Of a stretch of DNA of 50,274 nt, positions 1-9,165 are shown piece by piece. The position numbers and the translations under genes are program-made. Each line of letters opens with the position of its first letter. Positions within the stretch are counted from its first letter, which is position 1. Where the stretch lies: positions 11,639 through 61,912 of the forward strand of contig PLTJ01000009.1 in assembly GCA_003164455.1 (NCBI GenBank), given 5' to 3'. The notes beneath the pieces were generated by a model, which saw only the letters and a program-made list of their open reading frames with translations, had not been told where the DNA came from and did no database searches. The DNA comes from Acetobacteraceae bacterium. Lineage in GTDB: Bacteria; Pseudomonadota; Alphaproteobacteria; Acetobacterales; Acetobacteraceae.

Positions 1-720
1 GCCGGTCACCAGCGCCTTGGTCGCGGGATCGAAATAGCTGACCTGCGCGGCCTTGTAGGTCTGCCGGCCGAGCGTCTGGTTCTTGAAGTCGAAGTTGATC
101 ACTCCCGTGCGGGAAATCGTCCCGACCGGCGCCACCGCTTCCAGTGCCGGGTGGCTGTAGAAGACCAGCTTGTTGTCCCGCACATTGAACTCGTAGTTGT
201 GCGTGCTGGCGAGACGATGCAGGAAGGCAAGATCGGGTTCCAGCGCCTGGGTGACGCGCCCGTAGGGGACATTCGGATCGACGGCATCGCCAACCACCGT
301 GAAGCCGTGCCGGGCCGCCACCGTGCCGGCGATCTGCAACAGGGTCTGGCCCTCATAGGCGGCACTATTCGGGGTGCGGAGCGCCTGCGTGAGGCCGGCC
401 TGGATAGCTTTGATGTGGAACTGGTCGGGCGGCCCCTTGAGGCCAAACTCATCGATCTGGAACGTCCCGACAGACTTCAGGGCGCTGCCGGCGTAACCGA
501 GCGAGAGGTCGATCGTATCCGTGATGGTGGGCGGATTGGCCTGCATCTGCTGCAGGGCATCGGTCAGCACGATCTCGATCGAGTTGGCCTGCTTGCCGAC
601 GGCCTCCTCGTAGGTGATCTCGCTCAGGAAGGTGGCGAGCCGGCGCGTGATGTCGGTTCCGTTGTACAGCACGCGCCAGTCCGGCACCGGCAGCGCGAGG
701 GATATCCCGGCGCCGCTCAT
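1..720 (-). CDS. Phage late control/baseplate hub protein (P2 gpD-like), partial, runs off the left edge
   Basis: Translated manually from ATG at 720: MSGAGISLALPVPDWRVLYNGTDITRRL...QANSIEIVLTD...GTFQIDEFGLKGPPD...RVTQALEPDLAFLHRLA. Lies downstream of gpU and gpX. Confidence 0.88.
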   Translation of the reverse strand, partial: MSGAGISLALPVPDWRVLYNGTDITRRLATFLSEITYEEAVGKQANSIEIVLTDALQQMQANPPTITDTIDLSLGYAGSALKSVGTFQIDEFGLKGPPDQFHIKAIQAGLTQALRTPNSAAYEGQTLLQIAGTVAARHGFTVVGDAVDPNVPYGRVTQALEPDLAFLHRLASTHNYEFNVRDNKLVFYSHPALEAVAPVGTISRTGVINFDFKNQTLGRQTYKAAQVSYFDPATKALVTG

Positions 721-724
721 GCGA

Positions 725-1264
725 TCAGCCGCCGCTCTGCGCGATGCAGACGTACTGCAGCTTGTTGCCGTTTGCGGACGTCTGGGTCGTCGAGATGGCG
801 GTCGCCGAGGTCACGTAGCTCTGCGAGGCCAGCGGAGTAGCGATCCAGCTCACCACGCAGTACGGGGCCGCGTTGTAGGGCTGGGCGAAGGTGATGACGC
901 AGCCGGTCGCGGAAGTTCCCATGGTCACGATCCCGGCGGTGTCGGTGCCGGCGATCGAGGGCGAGGTGCCACAGCTCGACAGGGTCGGGGCCGCGCTCTG
1001 GGCCGAGACCAGGTGGGCCGGGGCGGAGGTCGTGGTGCCGAACGCCTGGCCGGCGAGCGCGGCGGGGCTGGTGACGCCGTTGTTACCGGCAAGCCCGATG
1101 CCCACCGTGTTGGCGGTGGTCGGCGGGGTCTGGTAGATGACGGCGCGCAGCTGCCCGGTCGCGGGCGACTGTGCCTGCGTCGCCACGGCACCGCCGAGGC
1201 AGCCAATCAGGACCGCGGCGGCGGCGAGTTTCAGCACTGCGGGGAAGCGGAAGCGGAAGCGCAT
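725..1264 (-). CDS. Ser/Thr/Ala-rich protein with a Sec-type signal peptide, inside the tail module
   Basis: GGAG RBS before ATG 1264. MRFRFRFPAVLKLAAAAVLIGCLGGAVATQA-Q looks like a signal peptide; C-terminal beta-rich domain with 4 Cys. Confidence 0.7.
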   Translation of the reverse strand: MRFRFRFPAVLKLAAAAVLIGCLGGAVATQAQSPATGQLRAVIYQTPPTTANTVGIGLAGNNGVTSPAALAGQAFGTTTSAPAHLVSAQSAAPTLSSCGTSPSIAGTDTAGIVTMGTSATGCVITFAQPYNAAPYCVVSWIATPLASQSYVTSATAISTTQTSANGNKLQYVCIAQSGG

Positions 1265-1332
1265 CGTGGTCTCCTGGATCTGAGGGGAGGGGGAAGGCGT
1301 TTCTGAAGCTGAGGCGTCGGCGGGCGCGGGGC

Positions 1333-1617
1333 CTAGCCCCAAGGCGTCGTGCTGGCCGGCGCCGCTGGCGGCGGCAGAATTCCGCCCTGGATCACGGTGC
1401 CCTGCGGGATCTGGCAGACGATCGGGACGGCCGGGTTGGCCATCACCAGGACGTTGATCTGCGTCGGATCGCCGTAGAGCTTCCACGCCACGGTGTCCCA
1501 TCGCTCATTCAGGCCGGTCGTGTAGACGGCGTTCGGGGCCGCGGGCGCCGGCGTGCCGGATGCTGGCAGCAGCCCGTAGGCGAGGGCGAACTCGGCCGCC
1601 GTCATGGGTGTGGTCAT
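1333..1617 (-). CDS. Phage tail protein X (P2 gpX, LysM-like)
   Basis: YTTGLNERWDTVAWKLYGDP...LVMANP motif; ATGA overlap with the gpU stop. Confidence 0.88.
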   Translation of the reverse strand: MTTPMTAAEFALAYGLLPASGTPAPAAPNAVYTTGLNERWDTVAWKLYGDPTQINVLVMANPAVPIVCQIPQGTVIQGGILPPPAAPASTTPWG

Positions 1618-2147
1618 GCCGACCTCGTGGCTGTGGACAGTGGCGCGTCCGCGAAGTCTCCGGCCACCGGGGCCGACGCGGGCGCTGGCGCCTGGAGCGG
1701 GGTTGCACCAGGGCCGGCCGTCGTGGTTCCGAGTGCGTTGGCGTTGGTCTGGACGGTGGGAGCCGAGGCCGGCAGCGTACCGGCCCATTGCAGCAGCGAC
1801 AGTTCGCATCGCGCCGCGATCAGGGTGCCGTCATCGGCCCGCCAGACGTCCCGCTGCCGCAGGTTGGTGATCACGTAGTTGCCCTTGTTCTCGACCCCGA
1901 TCACCATGGGCGCGGGCTGATGCAGGGTCCGCTGCTGCTGCAGGTCGGCGATCGCGGACGTGGGATCGCACCACATCTGGTGCAGATAGATGCCAAGCTC
2001 GATCCTGGTCAGGTCATCGAAAATCCACTGCAGAACGGGCGGGCCCTTGATGACGTCGATCTTGGCATAGTGAGACTCGTCCTCAAACGACAGCTTGTCC
2101 GGGCCGCCCAGAACTGTGAACCCGATACCGCCGAATGCGCCGAACAT
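1614..2147 (-). CDS. Phage tail protein (P2 gpU-like)
   Basis: MFGAFGGIGF...YAKIDVIKGPPVLQWI...GNYVITNL; follows the tape measure gene. Confidence 0.88.
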   Translation of the reverse strand: MFGAFGGIGFTVLGGPDKLSFEDESHYAKIDVIKGPPVLQWIFDDLTRIELGIYLHQMWCDPTSAIADLQQQRTLHQPAPMVIGVENKGNYVITNLRQRDVWRADDGTLIAARCELSLLQWAGTLPASAPTVQTNANALGTTTAGPGATPLQAPAPASAPVAGDFADAPLSTATRSA

Positions 2148-2165
2148 CTGCCGGTTCCCCTGCGA

Positions 2166-4274
2166 TCAGTAGGCGGGGCTGAAGCGGCTGTCGCCGAAGT
2201 TCAGCCGCGCATCTTCGTCGGCCGAAGTCGGATTGAGTCTCTGCATCAGGCTCCGGTGCACGTCGGCCACAGCCGCCGCAGCAGCCTGCGGGGCCGTCGC
2301 GCCGGTCACGGTCTGGTTGATCGTGATGTTCGCCGGCGCGCTGACCGAGTTGTTCACCGTGGCAGATACCGGCGCCGGCGAGGCCGCCGGAGTGCCGCCG
2401 GCCCAGGTGGGCAGCACGGACCGCGCCGCGCCGGTGACGGCCCCGTCAGCCGAGGACGCGGCCCCGCTCACCGCGCTCTTGACGCTCTTGGCGGCTTCCG
2501 AGATGGCCTTGACCTTGTTGTCCATCCACTCGGCCGCTTGCCGGACATCTTCGATGACGGGTCTGATCTTGTCCCACGCGGCCTGGAAGACCCCGACCAC
2601 GGCGTCCCACATGGTCTTGAAGAAGTCCGAAACGGGTTGCCATGCCCCGACGATCGCCGTCGCGGCTTCAGCGAAGTAGCGCTTGATATCCTGCCAGTGG
2701 TCGTAGACCAGGACCGCGGCATCGACGAGCCAACCGAACGGCCCCGCGATGGCGGCCACGATCGCCATATGGTTCCTGATCCAGTCCACGGCCTCGGAGA
2801 AGTACCGCTTGATGTCCTCCCAGTGGTTGTAGATCGCGATCGCGGCCTCGCTGATGCCGCCGGTCATGATCGCGAGCGCGGTCCTGATCCCCTCGATGTG
2901 CTCCCGGCACCAGGCCACGCCTTCCGCGAACCATTGCTTGATCTTGTCCCAATGTTCGTAGATCTCGAAAGCCGCAACCGCGATGGCCGTTACCAGCAAC
3001 CCGATCGGGTTCGCGGTCATCGCGACTTTGACGGCCATCATGCCCGCCTTCACCGCCACGAGGGACGAGTGGACGATGTAGAAGGCGCCCCCGAGCGCGA
3101 TGGCGCCCGATGCGAGACCCGCGATCGCGGATGCGAACTCGGTGATGTGAGGGTGCTCCTCCGCGAACTGCCGCACTGCCCCGAGCACGTCGGTCAGGCC
3201 GTGGGCGAAGTCGGCGATCGGAGCCAGCAGCGGCGTCCCGAACGCGACCGCCAGGTCCGTCACGGCGTTATGGAGGTTGGCGAGCTGTGCCGCGAGGGTT
3301 TCCTGTTGCTTCGCTGCTTCGGCGGCAGTCGAGCCCGCAGCGTTCGCCAGGTCCTGCGTGCCCTTGGTGATGTCCCCGACATGATCGACCATCAGGGCCA
3401 GGAGCCTGCCGGACGGCCCGAGCTTCTTTTCAAACGCCTCCAGGGCGGCCGGGCCGCGATCGTGCAGATGCTCAATCGTCGTGGTCAGATCGATCGTGCC
3501 GTCGCGGAAGTGATAGAGCGCGAACCCCGCCTCGCGGATTGCCGGGACGCCGTCCTTGCCGGCCTTGAGCATCGCCTCCGCGAGCGTGCCGAAACTCACG
3601 CCGGCGTTGCGCGCGGCACCGGACTTGCTCAACGTCTCGACCGCCGCCAGCGACTGATCGATGTTGAGGCCGAGTTGCTTCGCGGTACCGGCGGTGTTGG
3701 CGAGCTCGCGCGCCATCTGCTGGGCGCCCCCGACGTTGGGCATCGCCTTCACCATCGCGGTGATCTTGTCGGCGACGTCCTGCATCCGTTCGGCGACTGG
3801 CTTGGCCTGGTCGCCCATGGTCTCCATGGCGGGGCCAAGGATCTTGGAAGCTCCCTCGGCCGAGGTGCCGATCACGTTGGCGAACTGCGCCGTCGTGGCC
3901 ATGGTCTCTTTCGCGGCGTCGAGCGAGCCCGTGTACTTGGACATCGCGGTCTGGGCGGCCGTGATGTCCTCGGCGCTGCGGGCATAGGTGGTGGAAAGGC
4001 TATCTGCCTGTTCCTGCGCCTCCTTGAGCTGGTCGGCCGTCGCGCCGGTCGCCTGTGCGAGCCGCACCTGCGCCTGCTGCATTTCCTCGGCTGGCCCGAT
4101 GACGTGCTCCAGCACCTCGTAGCCGACGAACGCCGCCGCGGCCGCCTTGCCGATCCTGCCGACCGATTCCTTGAATCCCTCGGCATGCTCCTTGATCTCG
4201 TTCAGTGGCCCACTGAACTTGTCCCGGAGTTCGACGAGGAACTGCAGGACGCCGGCATTGCTTTCGTCAGCCAT
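2166..4274 (-). CDS. Tail tape measure protein
   Basis: 702 aa, Ala-rich and helical, with repeated ANPIGL/IYxHWxxIKxxF units; follows the tail chaperone. Confidence 0.93.
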   Translation of the reverse strand: MADESNAGVLQFLVELRDKFSGPLNEIKEHAEGFKESVGRIGKAAAAAFVGYEVLEHVIGPAEEMQQAQVRLAQATGATADQLKEAQEQADSLSTTYARSAEDITAAQTAMSKYTGSLDAAKETMATTAQFANVIGTSAEGASKILGPAMETMGDQAKPVAERMQDVADKITAMVKAMPNVGGAQQMARELANTAGTAKQLGLNIDQSLAAVETLSKSGAARNAGVSFGTLAEAMLKAGKDGVPAIREAGFALYHFRDGTIDLTTTIEHLHDRGPAALEAFEKKLGPSGRLLALMVDHVGDITKGTQDLANAAGSTAAEAAKQQETLAAQLANLHNAVTDLAVAFGTPLLAPIADFAHGLTDVLGAVRQFAEEHPHITEFASAIAGLASGAIALGGAFYIVHSSLVAVKAGMMAVKVAMTANPIGLLVTAIAVAAFEIYEHWDKIKQWFAEGVAWCREHIEGIRTALAIMTGGISEAAIAIYNHWEDIKRYFSEAVDWIRNHMAIVAAIAGPFGWLVDAAVLVYDHWQDIKRYFAEAATAIVGAWQPVSDFFKTMWDAVVGVFQAAWDKIRPVIEDVRQAAEWMDNKVKAISEAAKSVKSAVSGAASSADGAVTGAARSVLPTWAGGTPAASPAPVSATVNNSVSAPANITINQTVTGATAPQAAAAAVADVHRSLMQRLNPTSADEDARLNFGDSRFSPAY

Positions 4275-4430
4275 GGGGGGTGCCTGGTTTGGCTTCGCAG
4301 TCCCGCAGTGCCTCGGCCCAGAAGAAGATGTCGCCGATCGTCATGCGGCTCAACTCACTGGGCTGGATGTTGGCCCGCACTAGACTCCCGAGGAGGGCGC
4401 GGCTTGGGGCTCGGGAGCCTCCATGGGGGA
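4267..4430 (-). CDS. gpE'-like -1 frameshift extension of the tail assembly chaperone
   Basis: The -1 frame reads ...LLGSLVRANIQPSELSRMTIGDIFFWAEALRD...*, matching the P-EL--M---W pattern of gpE'/GT proteins. It ends overlapping the tape measure start. Confidence 0.65.
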
Positions 4431-4706
4431 GTCGTCTTCATTCAGCTTCTGGAACACCTTGCTGATCCGGGTGATGACTCCAAGCGGCAGGCGCCGGAAT
4501 GTGTCGTAGGTCATCTGGACGCCGTCGATCGCGACGCAGCGGGCCGTCAGCGCATAGTACTGCTCAACCGATGAGGCATCGGCAGGGGCGGACTTGAGGG
4601 CCTGGATGCTGTCGTCACCGGTGGCTTGGCGGATCACCGCGACACGGCCGCGCGATAGCGGCACCCTTGTGGTCGGGACCGTGGGATCGGGGACTTCAAC
4701 CATCAT
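4380..4706 (-). CDS. Tail assembly chaperone (P2 gpE/FluMu gp41-like)
   Basis: 108 aa between the tube and tape measure genes; LSRGRVAVIRQATGDD motif. Confidence 0.8.
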   Translation of the reverse strand: MMVEVPDPTVPTTRVPLSRGRVAVIRQATGDDSIQALKSAPADASSVEQYYALTARCVAIDGVQMTYDTFRRLPLGVITRISKVFQKLNEDDSPMEAPEPQAAPSSGV

Positions 4707-4730
4707 GGCGGAGTTTCCTTGTGTTGCTGA

Positions 4731-5255
4731 TCAGGCGCCGAGGTTCGCGCGATACTGTGCGAGCTGATCGACGCCATTGACGACGTATTGATTCGAGAGC
4801 GAGTCGAAGAGCAGGATCTGCTGGCCGGCGAGCGAGTAGTCGATGTGGTAGACCGACGCGACGCTGCTGTACTCGGCGTTGGCCTGCGCCTTGAGGTCGA
4901 TCGGCCCGGGGTCCTTGAAGATCACGGTCATGTTGCCGGAGACCGGCAGATCCTGGATCAGCCCCGTTGACGCGATGACCTGTGCGTCGGCCATGAACGT
5001 GAGGGCCGTCATGCCATTGGTGTTGTTGATGTTGGTCAGGACATCGGCATCGAATGACGTCCACTTCAGGGTCGTCTCGAGCTTCTCGAACCCGACCGGC
5101 ACCTCGATCTGGCCGGCCATGCCGAGCGACTTGTAATCGACCATGACACGCTTTGGCTGTGGGATCTTGAACTCCGCCATTCGGCCGAGCAGGTCTGTAC
5201 CGTTCAGCAGCACGTTGCAGTTCCACAGCGTGGTCACAGAAATGAGCTGCGCCAC
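4731..5255 (-). CDS. Major tail tube protein (P2 FII-like)
   Basis: 174 aa; YKSLGMAGQIEVPVGFEKLE...VVNGVDQLAQYRANLG; GGAG RBS. Confidence 0.93.
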   Translation of the reverse strand: MAQLISVTTLWNCNVLLNGTDLLGRMAEFKIPQPKRVMVDYKSLGMAGQIEVPVGFEKLETTLKWTSFDADVLTNINNTNGMTALTFMADAQVIASTGLIQDLPVSGNMTVIFKDPGPIDLKAQANAEYSSVASVYHIDYSLAGQQILLFDSLSNQYVVNGVDQLAQYRANLGA

Positions 5256-5311
5256 CGTACTCTCCTATGTCTGGGTTGCGTGGCGCCGGGGTGCCACCGT
5301 TCCTTGGCGCG

Positions 5312-7633
5312 TTACGTGGAGGACTGCGAGGACGTCAGGCTGTTCAGCAGCGAGGTGTCGACCGTGAAGTTGTAGGTGATGTCCTCGGCGGGGGGCGGCG
5401 GCATCAGGTTGATCGCGAAGACGATGATGCCGGCCGCGAGCTGGGTCGCGGGGTTATCGCCCGAGTTGAACGAGATCTTGGAGCCCGGCAGCAGGCCGCC
5501 CTGCCGGATGACGTCGCGCAGATAGGCGTTCACCGAGCCCAGCACCGAGTTGATCAAGCCGCTGGTGATCGGCAGATCGACGAACTGCAGGCTGGCCTGC
5601 TGGATCGATACCTCGATGACGTCGAGCACCATCCGGACGGCCAGGAATGTCCTGGCGTCGGTGTAGGTCGGGTATGCGGACGACCGGTTGCCCCAGGTCC
5701 GCAAGCCGGTCGCGAAGGCGTTGAAGACTGTGATGATCCCGGCCGCGTTCAGGTTGTTGGTGTCGCTGTCCTGATCGGTCGCGGACATGTAGATCGGCAC
5801 GTCGGGGCCGGTCGGATCGGTCAGCACGGTGTTGCTGGGCGAGTACCAGAACCCATTGTTGACGATCCTGGACGACCAGGCCCCAGCCACGAGGGCGGAA
5901 TACGGGGCCTCGGCCGTGGCGTCGACCACGGGATTCACGACCACGCCCGCGGCGTTGATCATCGTGGCGGTCGGATCGATACCCAGATCCTCGAATTTCT
6001 CGCACGGGAAGCAGTGGCCGACCCGATAATCCGTGATCCCGAAGGCTGTGGTCGTGTCCGAACGACTTGCCAGCGCTGTCGCGACACTGACATTGGGCGC
6101 GGAATCATCGAGCGAGATCCCGCGCAGCGTGTTGGCAATCACCTCCAGGGCGGACGCTACGGGCCGATCCTGCGAGCCGGCGTTGCCGGCATAACCGGGC
6201 GCGATCAGGATCCGCGGCGTGAAGCCGAACTTGCTCATTGCGAGCTGCCACGCCTGCATGCCCGTGTATTGGCCGCCCGTCACGGCCCCGATCAGGTCGG
6301 AGTCTTGGACTTGCGAGGGATCGCAGTACGCGTACGAAACCGAGAGGGCCAGGCTCGGCGCGATGGCACCGCCGGACTCGGCATAGATCAGGCCGTTGAC
6401 GTAATCGACCGTATAGTCGGTGTTCTCGACGTAGGTCGGCGATCCGCCGGCCGCCTTCACCACGACGGTGCTGGGGGGGCCGGCCCAGGTCATGTTGAAG
6501 GTAGCGCCCGTCCCCGCGCCGCTGCTGCTGGCCTGCGCAACCGGATTGGCTGGCACTGCCGTGTAGGAGCCGGCGGTCGACACGGTAGCGGCCAGGATGC
6601 CGAATACGGCGGCGTTGAAGGTAGCGCCCGTCCCCGCGCCGCTGCTGCTGGCCTGCGTGAAGGTGGCGCTGTTGGCCGTGTATTTGCCCGGATTGACGAC
6701 CGAGAAGGTGTTGACGCCCATGACCAGCGACAGTGCGGCGCCGGTCAGGCCCGCACCGGTCACCGGCTCGTCGGTCAACGTGGTCGGGTTGACCGTATAG
6801 GCGCCGGCCACCGAGATGGACCCGACCGCCGTGATGGCGCCACCGGAAACGGTCACGCTGGCCTGGAACTTCGTGCCGGAGCCGGTCGTGCCCGTGACGG
6901 TCTGGGTGCCGTTGGTGCCACCGGTGCCGCCCGCCGCTATGGTGGCGGACACGACCTGAGTGGTATCGACCGTGACCTGGCCCGCGACCGTCGAGGTCCC
7001 GCCCGCGAGCACGATCCCGGCGCCCGGCGCATAGCTGTGGGTGGCGGCGCCGCCCGGGGCGTTGAGGCCGAGCGAGACGATCTGCGTGGACGCTACCGTC
7101 AGGACCGTCGCCGGGATCATGGAGGTGCTGGGGGTCCCGCCCGCGAGCGTCACGGTGTCGCCGTGGGCATAGCTGTGGTTCGTCTGGCCACCCGGTGTCG
7201 CGACGACATCGACGGCCGCGGTGCTGAGCGGCGTGTTGGGCAGTCCGGGGCCGATCAGGCCCATGTGGCCGACGCTGACGTACTGGGTCCCGCTGGCCGG
7301 CATCGCGAGCGTCTGACCACTGACCTGGGTGTTGTGGATCAGCGGATTGAAGACGTTGACGGCGATGACCTGACCAACGCCCTTGGCGCCGGCCTGGTCG
7401 AGGATGTGCTGCAGCGCGTACGGGATCGAGTAGCCCTCGATCATCGGCCCCAACATGCTCTGGGCCGACTTGCTGTTGACCAGGAAGGGCTGGTTGGGGG
7501 CGGGCGGGGTGCCGGACTGGACGTCCCAGCTTGGCGCCGACCCGACCAGGCCGATGACCGCAGCCTTGACGGACTGGATCGACACGCCACCGGCCAGCGT
7601 CTCGGTGATCGTGATGCCATGGAAAAAGCTCAT
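5312..7633 (-). CDS. Tail sheath protein (P2 FI-like) with a large Gly/Thr/Ala-rich insertion
   Basis: MSFFHGITITE...AVIGLVGSAP; PRILIAPG; GFWYSPSN; GLRTWGNRS; PPPPAEDIT. Confidence 0.95.
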   Translation of the reverse strand: MSFFHGITITETLAGGVSIQSVKAAVIGLVGSAPSWDVQSGTPPAPNQPFLVNSKSAQSMLGPMIEGYSIPYALQHILDQAGAKGVGQVIAVNVFNPLIHNTQVSGQTLAMPASGTQYVSVGHMGLIGPGLPNTPLSTAAVDVVATPGGQTNHSYAHGDTVTLAGGTPSTSMIPATVLTVASTQIVSLGLNAPGGAATHSYAPGAGIVLAGGTSTVAGQVTVDTTQVVSATIAAGGTGGTNGTQTVTGTTGSGTKFQASVTVSGGAITAVGSISVAGAYTVNPTTLTDEPVTGAGLTGAALSLVMGVNTFSVVNPGKYTANSATFTQASSSGAGTGATFNAAVFGILAATVSTAGSYTAVPANPVAQASSSGAGTGATFNMTWAGPPSTVVVKAAGGSPTYVENTDYTVDYVNGLIYAESGGAIAPSLALSVSYAYCDPSQVQDSDLIGAVTGGQYTGMQAWQLAMSKFGFTPRILIAPGYAGNAGSQDRPVASALEVIANTLRGISLDDSAPNVSVATALASRSDTTTAFGITDYRVGHCFPCEKFEDLGIDPTATMINAAGVVVNPVVDATAEAPYSALVAGAWSSRIVNNGFWYSPSNTVLTDPTGPDVPIYMSATDQDSDTNNLNAAGIITVFNAFATGLRTWGNRSSAYPTYTDARTFLAVRMVLDVIEVSIQQASLQFVDLPITSGLINSVLGSVNAYLRDVIRQGGLLPGSKISFNSGDNPATQLAAGIIVFAINLMPPPPAEDITYNFTVDTSLLNSLTSSQSST
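6494..6657. repeat. Exact 44-bp direct repeat (6494-6537 and 6614-6657) within the sheath insertion
   Basis: gttgaaggtagcgcccgtccccgcgccgctgctgctggcctgcg occurs twice, 120 bp apart, encoding QASSSGAGTGATFN. Confidence 0.95.
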
Positions 7634-7723
7634 CGGAGCCTCCGATTTCTGTCTGCCGCAGCTACGCGGATTGCCCGACGCCGCGGCAAAGCGCGGCGCT
7701 CATCGGTCGAGGGGTGGCGTTGA

Positions 7724-8572
7724 TCAGGGAGCCGTGACGGTATCGAGGACTGGCGCCGTGGTGATCTGCACCGTCATGTCCGGCGCCAGGATGCCGGACG
7801 GCACGATGCTGAAAGTCCCGACCACGGCGGCAAAATTGTAATCGCGATCCAGGCGCGCCGGCACGCCTCCTGGAGCCGCCTCGGTGGCCGGAGCCATCAC
7901 CGAGACCACGATGGTGTTCGGCGGAAGTGTCAGCGTGCCATCTTGCGCGATCGTCATGGTTGCCGTGACCGCGCCGGCGAATGTCGAGACCAGATCGGTG
8001 ATCTGCTTCAGGTTCGCCAGCAGCATCTCGGGTGCCTGCTGGGGCCGCAGCGTCACGACGTTGAGCGTCATCCGGTAGTCCCAGACCTTACCTTCGGGAT
8101 CCTGCTGGGTGTAGCGCTCGTCGGTGAAGTAGGCGTTCCGGCATCCCGTCGGTCGGAAGCCGGTCAGCGCCGCCTCGACGGCATCATTCAGCGCGAAGAC
8201 GGATCCTGGTCCAAGCAACGCCCATGCAGTCGTGCGCGCCAAGATGTGGATCTCGAACTCGATGGTGCGTTCCTGCAGCATCGCGGTGGAGTTGATGGGC
8301 TGGCCTAGGCGCGTGCTCGAATACGCCACCAGCAGGAACGCGATCGACTTGCTGGCCCACCACTTGTCGAGATCGTAGTTGGGAAACTCGTAGACGCCGA
8401 TCGAGGCGAGGTTTGCCTTTGCCAGGAAGCTGCGAAGCTGCCCGGCGATCTGATCCTGGATCGCCCCGACGTCCATCGGCGAGGGCGGCGTGTATCGGCG
8501 TCCGAACCAAGCAACAGGGTCGATCTCGACCGGGAGGCTACCGTAGGTCGGCACGTTGTCAGACATCGACAT
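7724..8572 (-). CDS. Tail terminator-like protein (Mu gp37 family) with a C-terminal extension
   Basis: LLVAYSST...QER...VEAALTGFRPTGC...GKVWDY; precedes the sheath; TAATG coupling at 8572. Confidence 0.7.
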   Translation of the reverse strand: MSMSDNVPTYGSLPVEIDPVAWFGRRYTPPSPMDVGAIQDQIAGQLRSFLAKANLASIGVYEFPNYDLDKWWASKSIAFLLVAYSSTRLGQPINSTAMLQERTIEFEIHILARTTAWALLGPGSVFALNDAVEAALTGFRPTGCRNAYFTDERYTQQDPEGKVWDYRMTLNVVTLRPQQAPEMLLANLKQITDLVSTFAGAVTATMTIAQDGTLTLPPNTIVVSVMAPATEAAPGGVPARLDRDYNFAAVVGTFSIVPSGILAPDMTVQITTAPVLDTVTAP

Positions 8573-9039
8573 TACCTCGAATGCGGCAGCACCATCTCGA
8601 TGCCGAGGATCTGCTCGCTCCACCGGTTCTGCATGGTGGCCGGGGTCGTGACTTGCCTGCCGTTGATCCATGCCTCTTGTACGAGATCATCGAGTGTGTT
8701 TTGCGCCGTTCGGCCGCACGCGATCTGGACGGCATGCTCGACCGCGTCGGCAAGGTTGTTCAGGTCCGCGACGGCAGAATCATCCTCGATCTGGCCATGC
8801 AGGGTCTGGATGATGCCTTGCGCCCTCAAGGTCACCTTGGCGGGCGCGAAACGCTGGCCGCGGTCATACTCCTCGCCAAGCTCGACGAAGAAGAAGGCCG
8901 GGTACTGCTCGGCCGGCAGTTTCCCGAGATTGATCATGCGGCGGCCCGCGTAGCCGAATGACCCGGCCGGGGCCAGCAGCATGGTGCGGAGCTGCTCAAA
9001 GAACGCGCTGTAGATGGCCTCGCGGCCCAGGGACGACAT
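8572..9039 (-). CDS. Head-tail joining/tail completion protein (putative)
   Basis: 155 aa in the connector module; REAIYSA...PAFF...LNNLADAVE pattern. Confidence 0.6.
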   Translation of the reverse strand: MSSLGREAIYSAFFEQLRTMLLAPAGSFGYAGRRMINLGKLPAEQYPAFFFVELGEEYDRGQRFAPAKVTLRAQGIIQTLHGQIEDDSAVADLNNLADAVEHAVQIACGRTAQNTLDDLVQEAWINGRQVTTPATMQNRWSEQILGIEMVLPHSR

Positions 9040-9165
9040 CTGACCTGCCTATTCTGGGGTGCCGGGCGCCGCCTTGGCGGGACGGCTCGTGCCCGGCACC
9101 TTTCGTCCGGACTCTGGTCTGGGCTGCCAACCCGTGCCGCTCCGGCTTGTCTCGGTAGTGACGCG

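Noticed and set aside
6494-6657. 44-bp repeat as a diversity-generating retroelement TR/VR pair
   Set aside because: The copies are identical with no adenine-specific mismatches, both are in frame in one gene, and no reverse transcriptase is present.
9058-9100. Intergenic hairpin GGTGCCGGGC...GCCCGGCACC as an ncRNA
   Set aside because: A single GC-rich stem with no further support; expected by chance at this GC content or a simple mRNA stability element.
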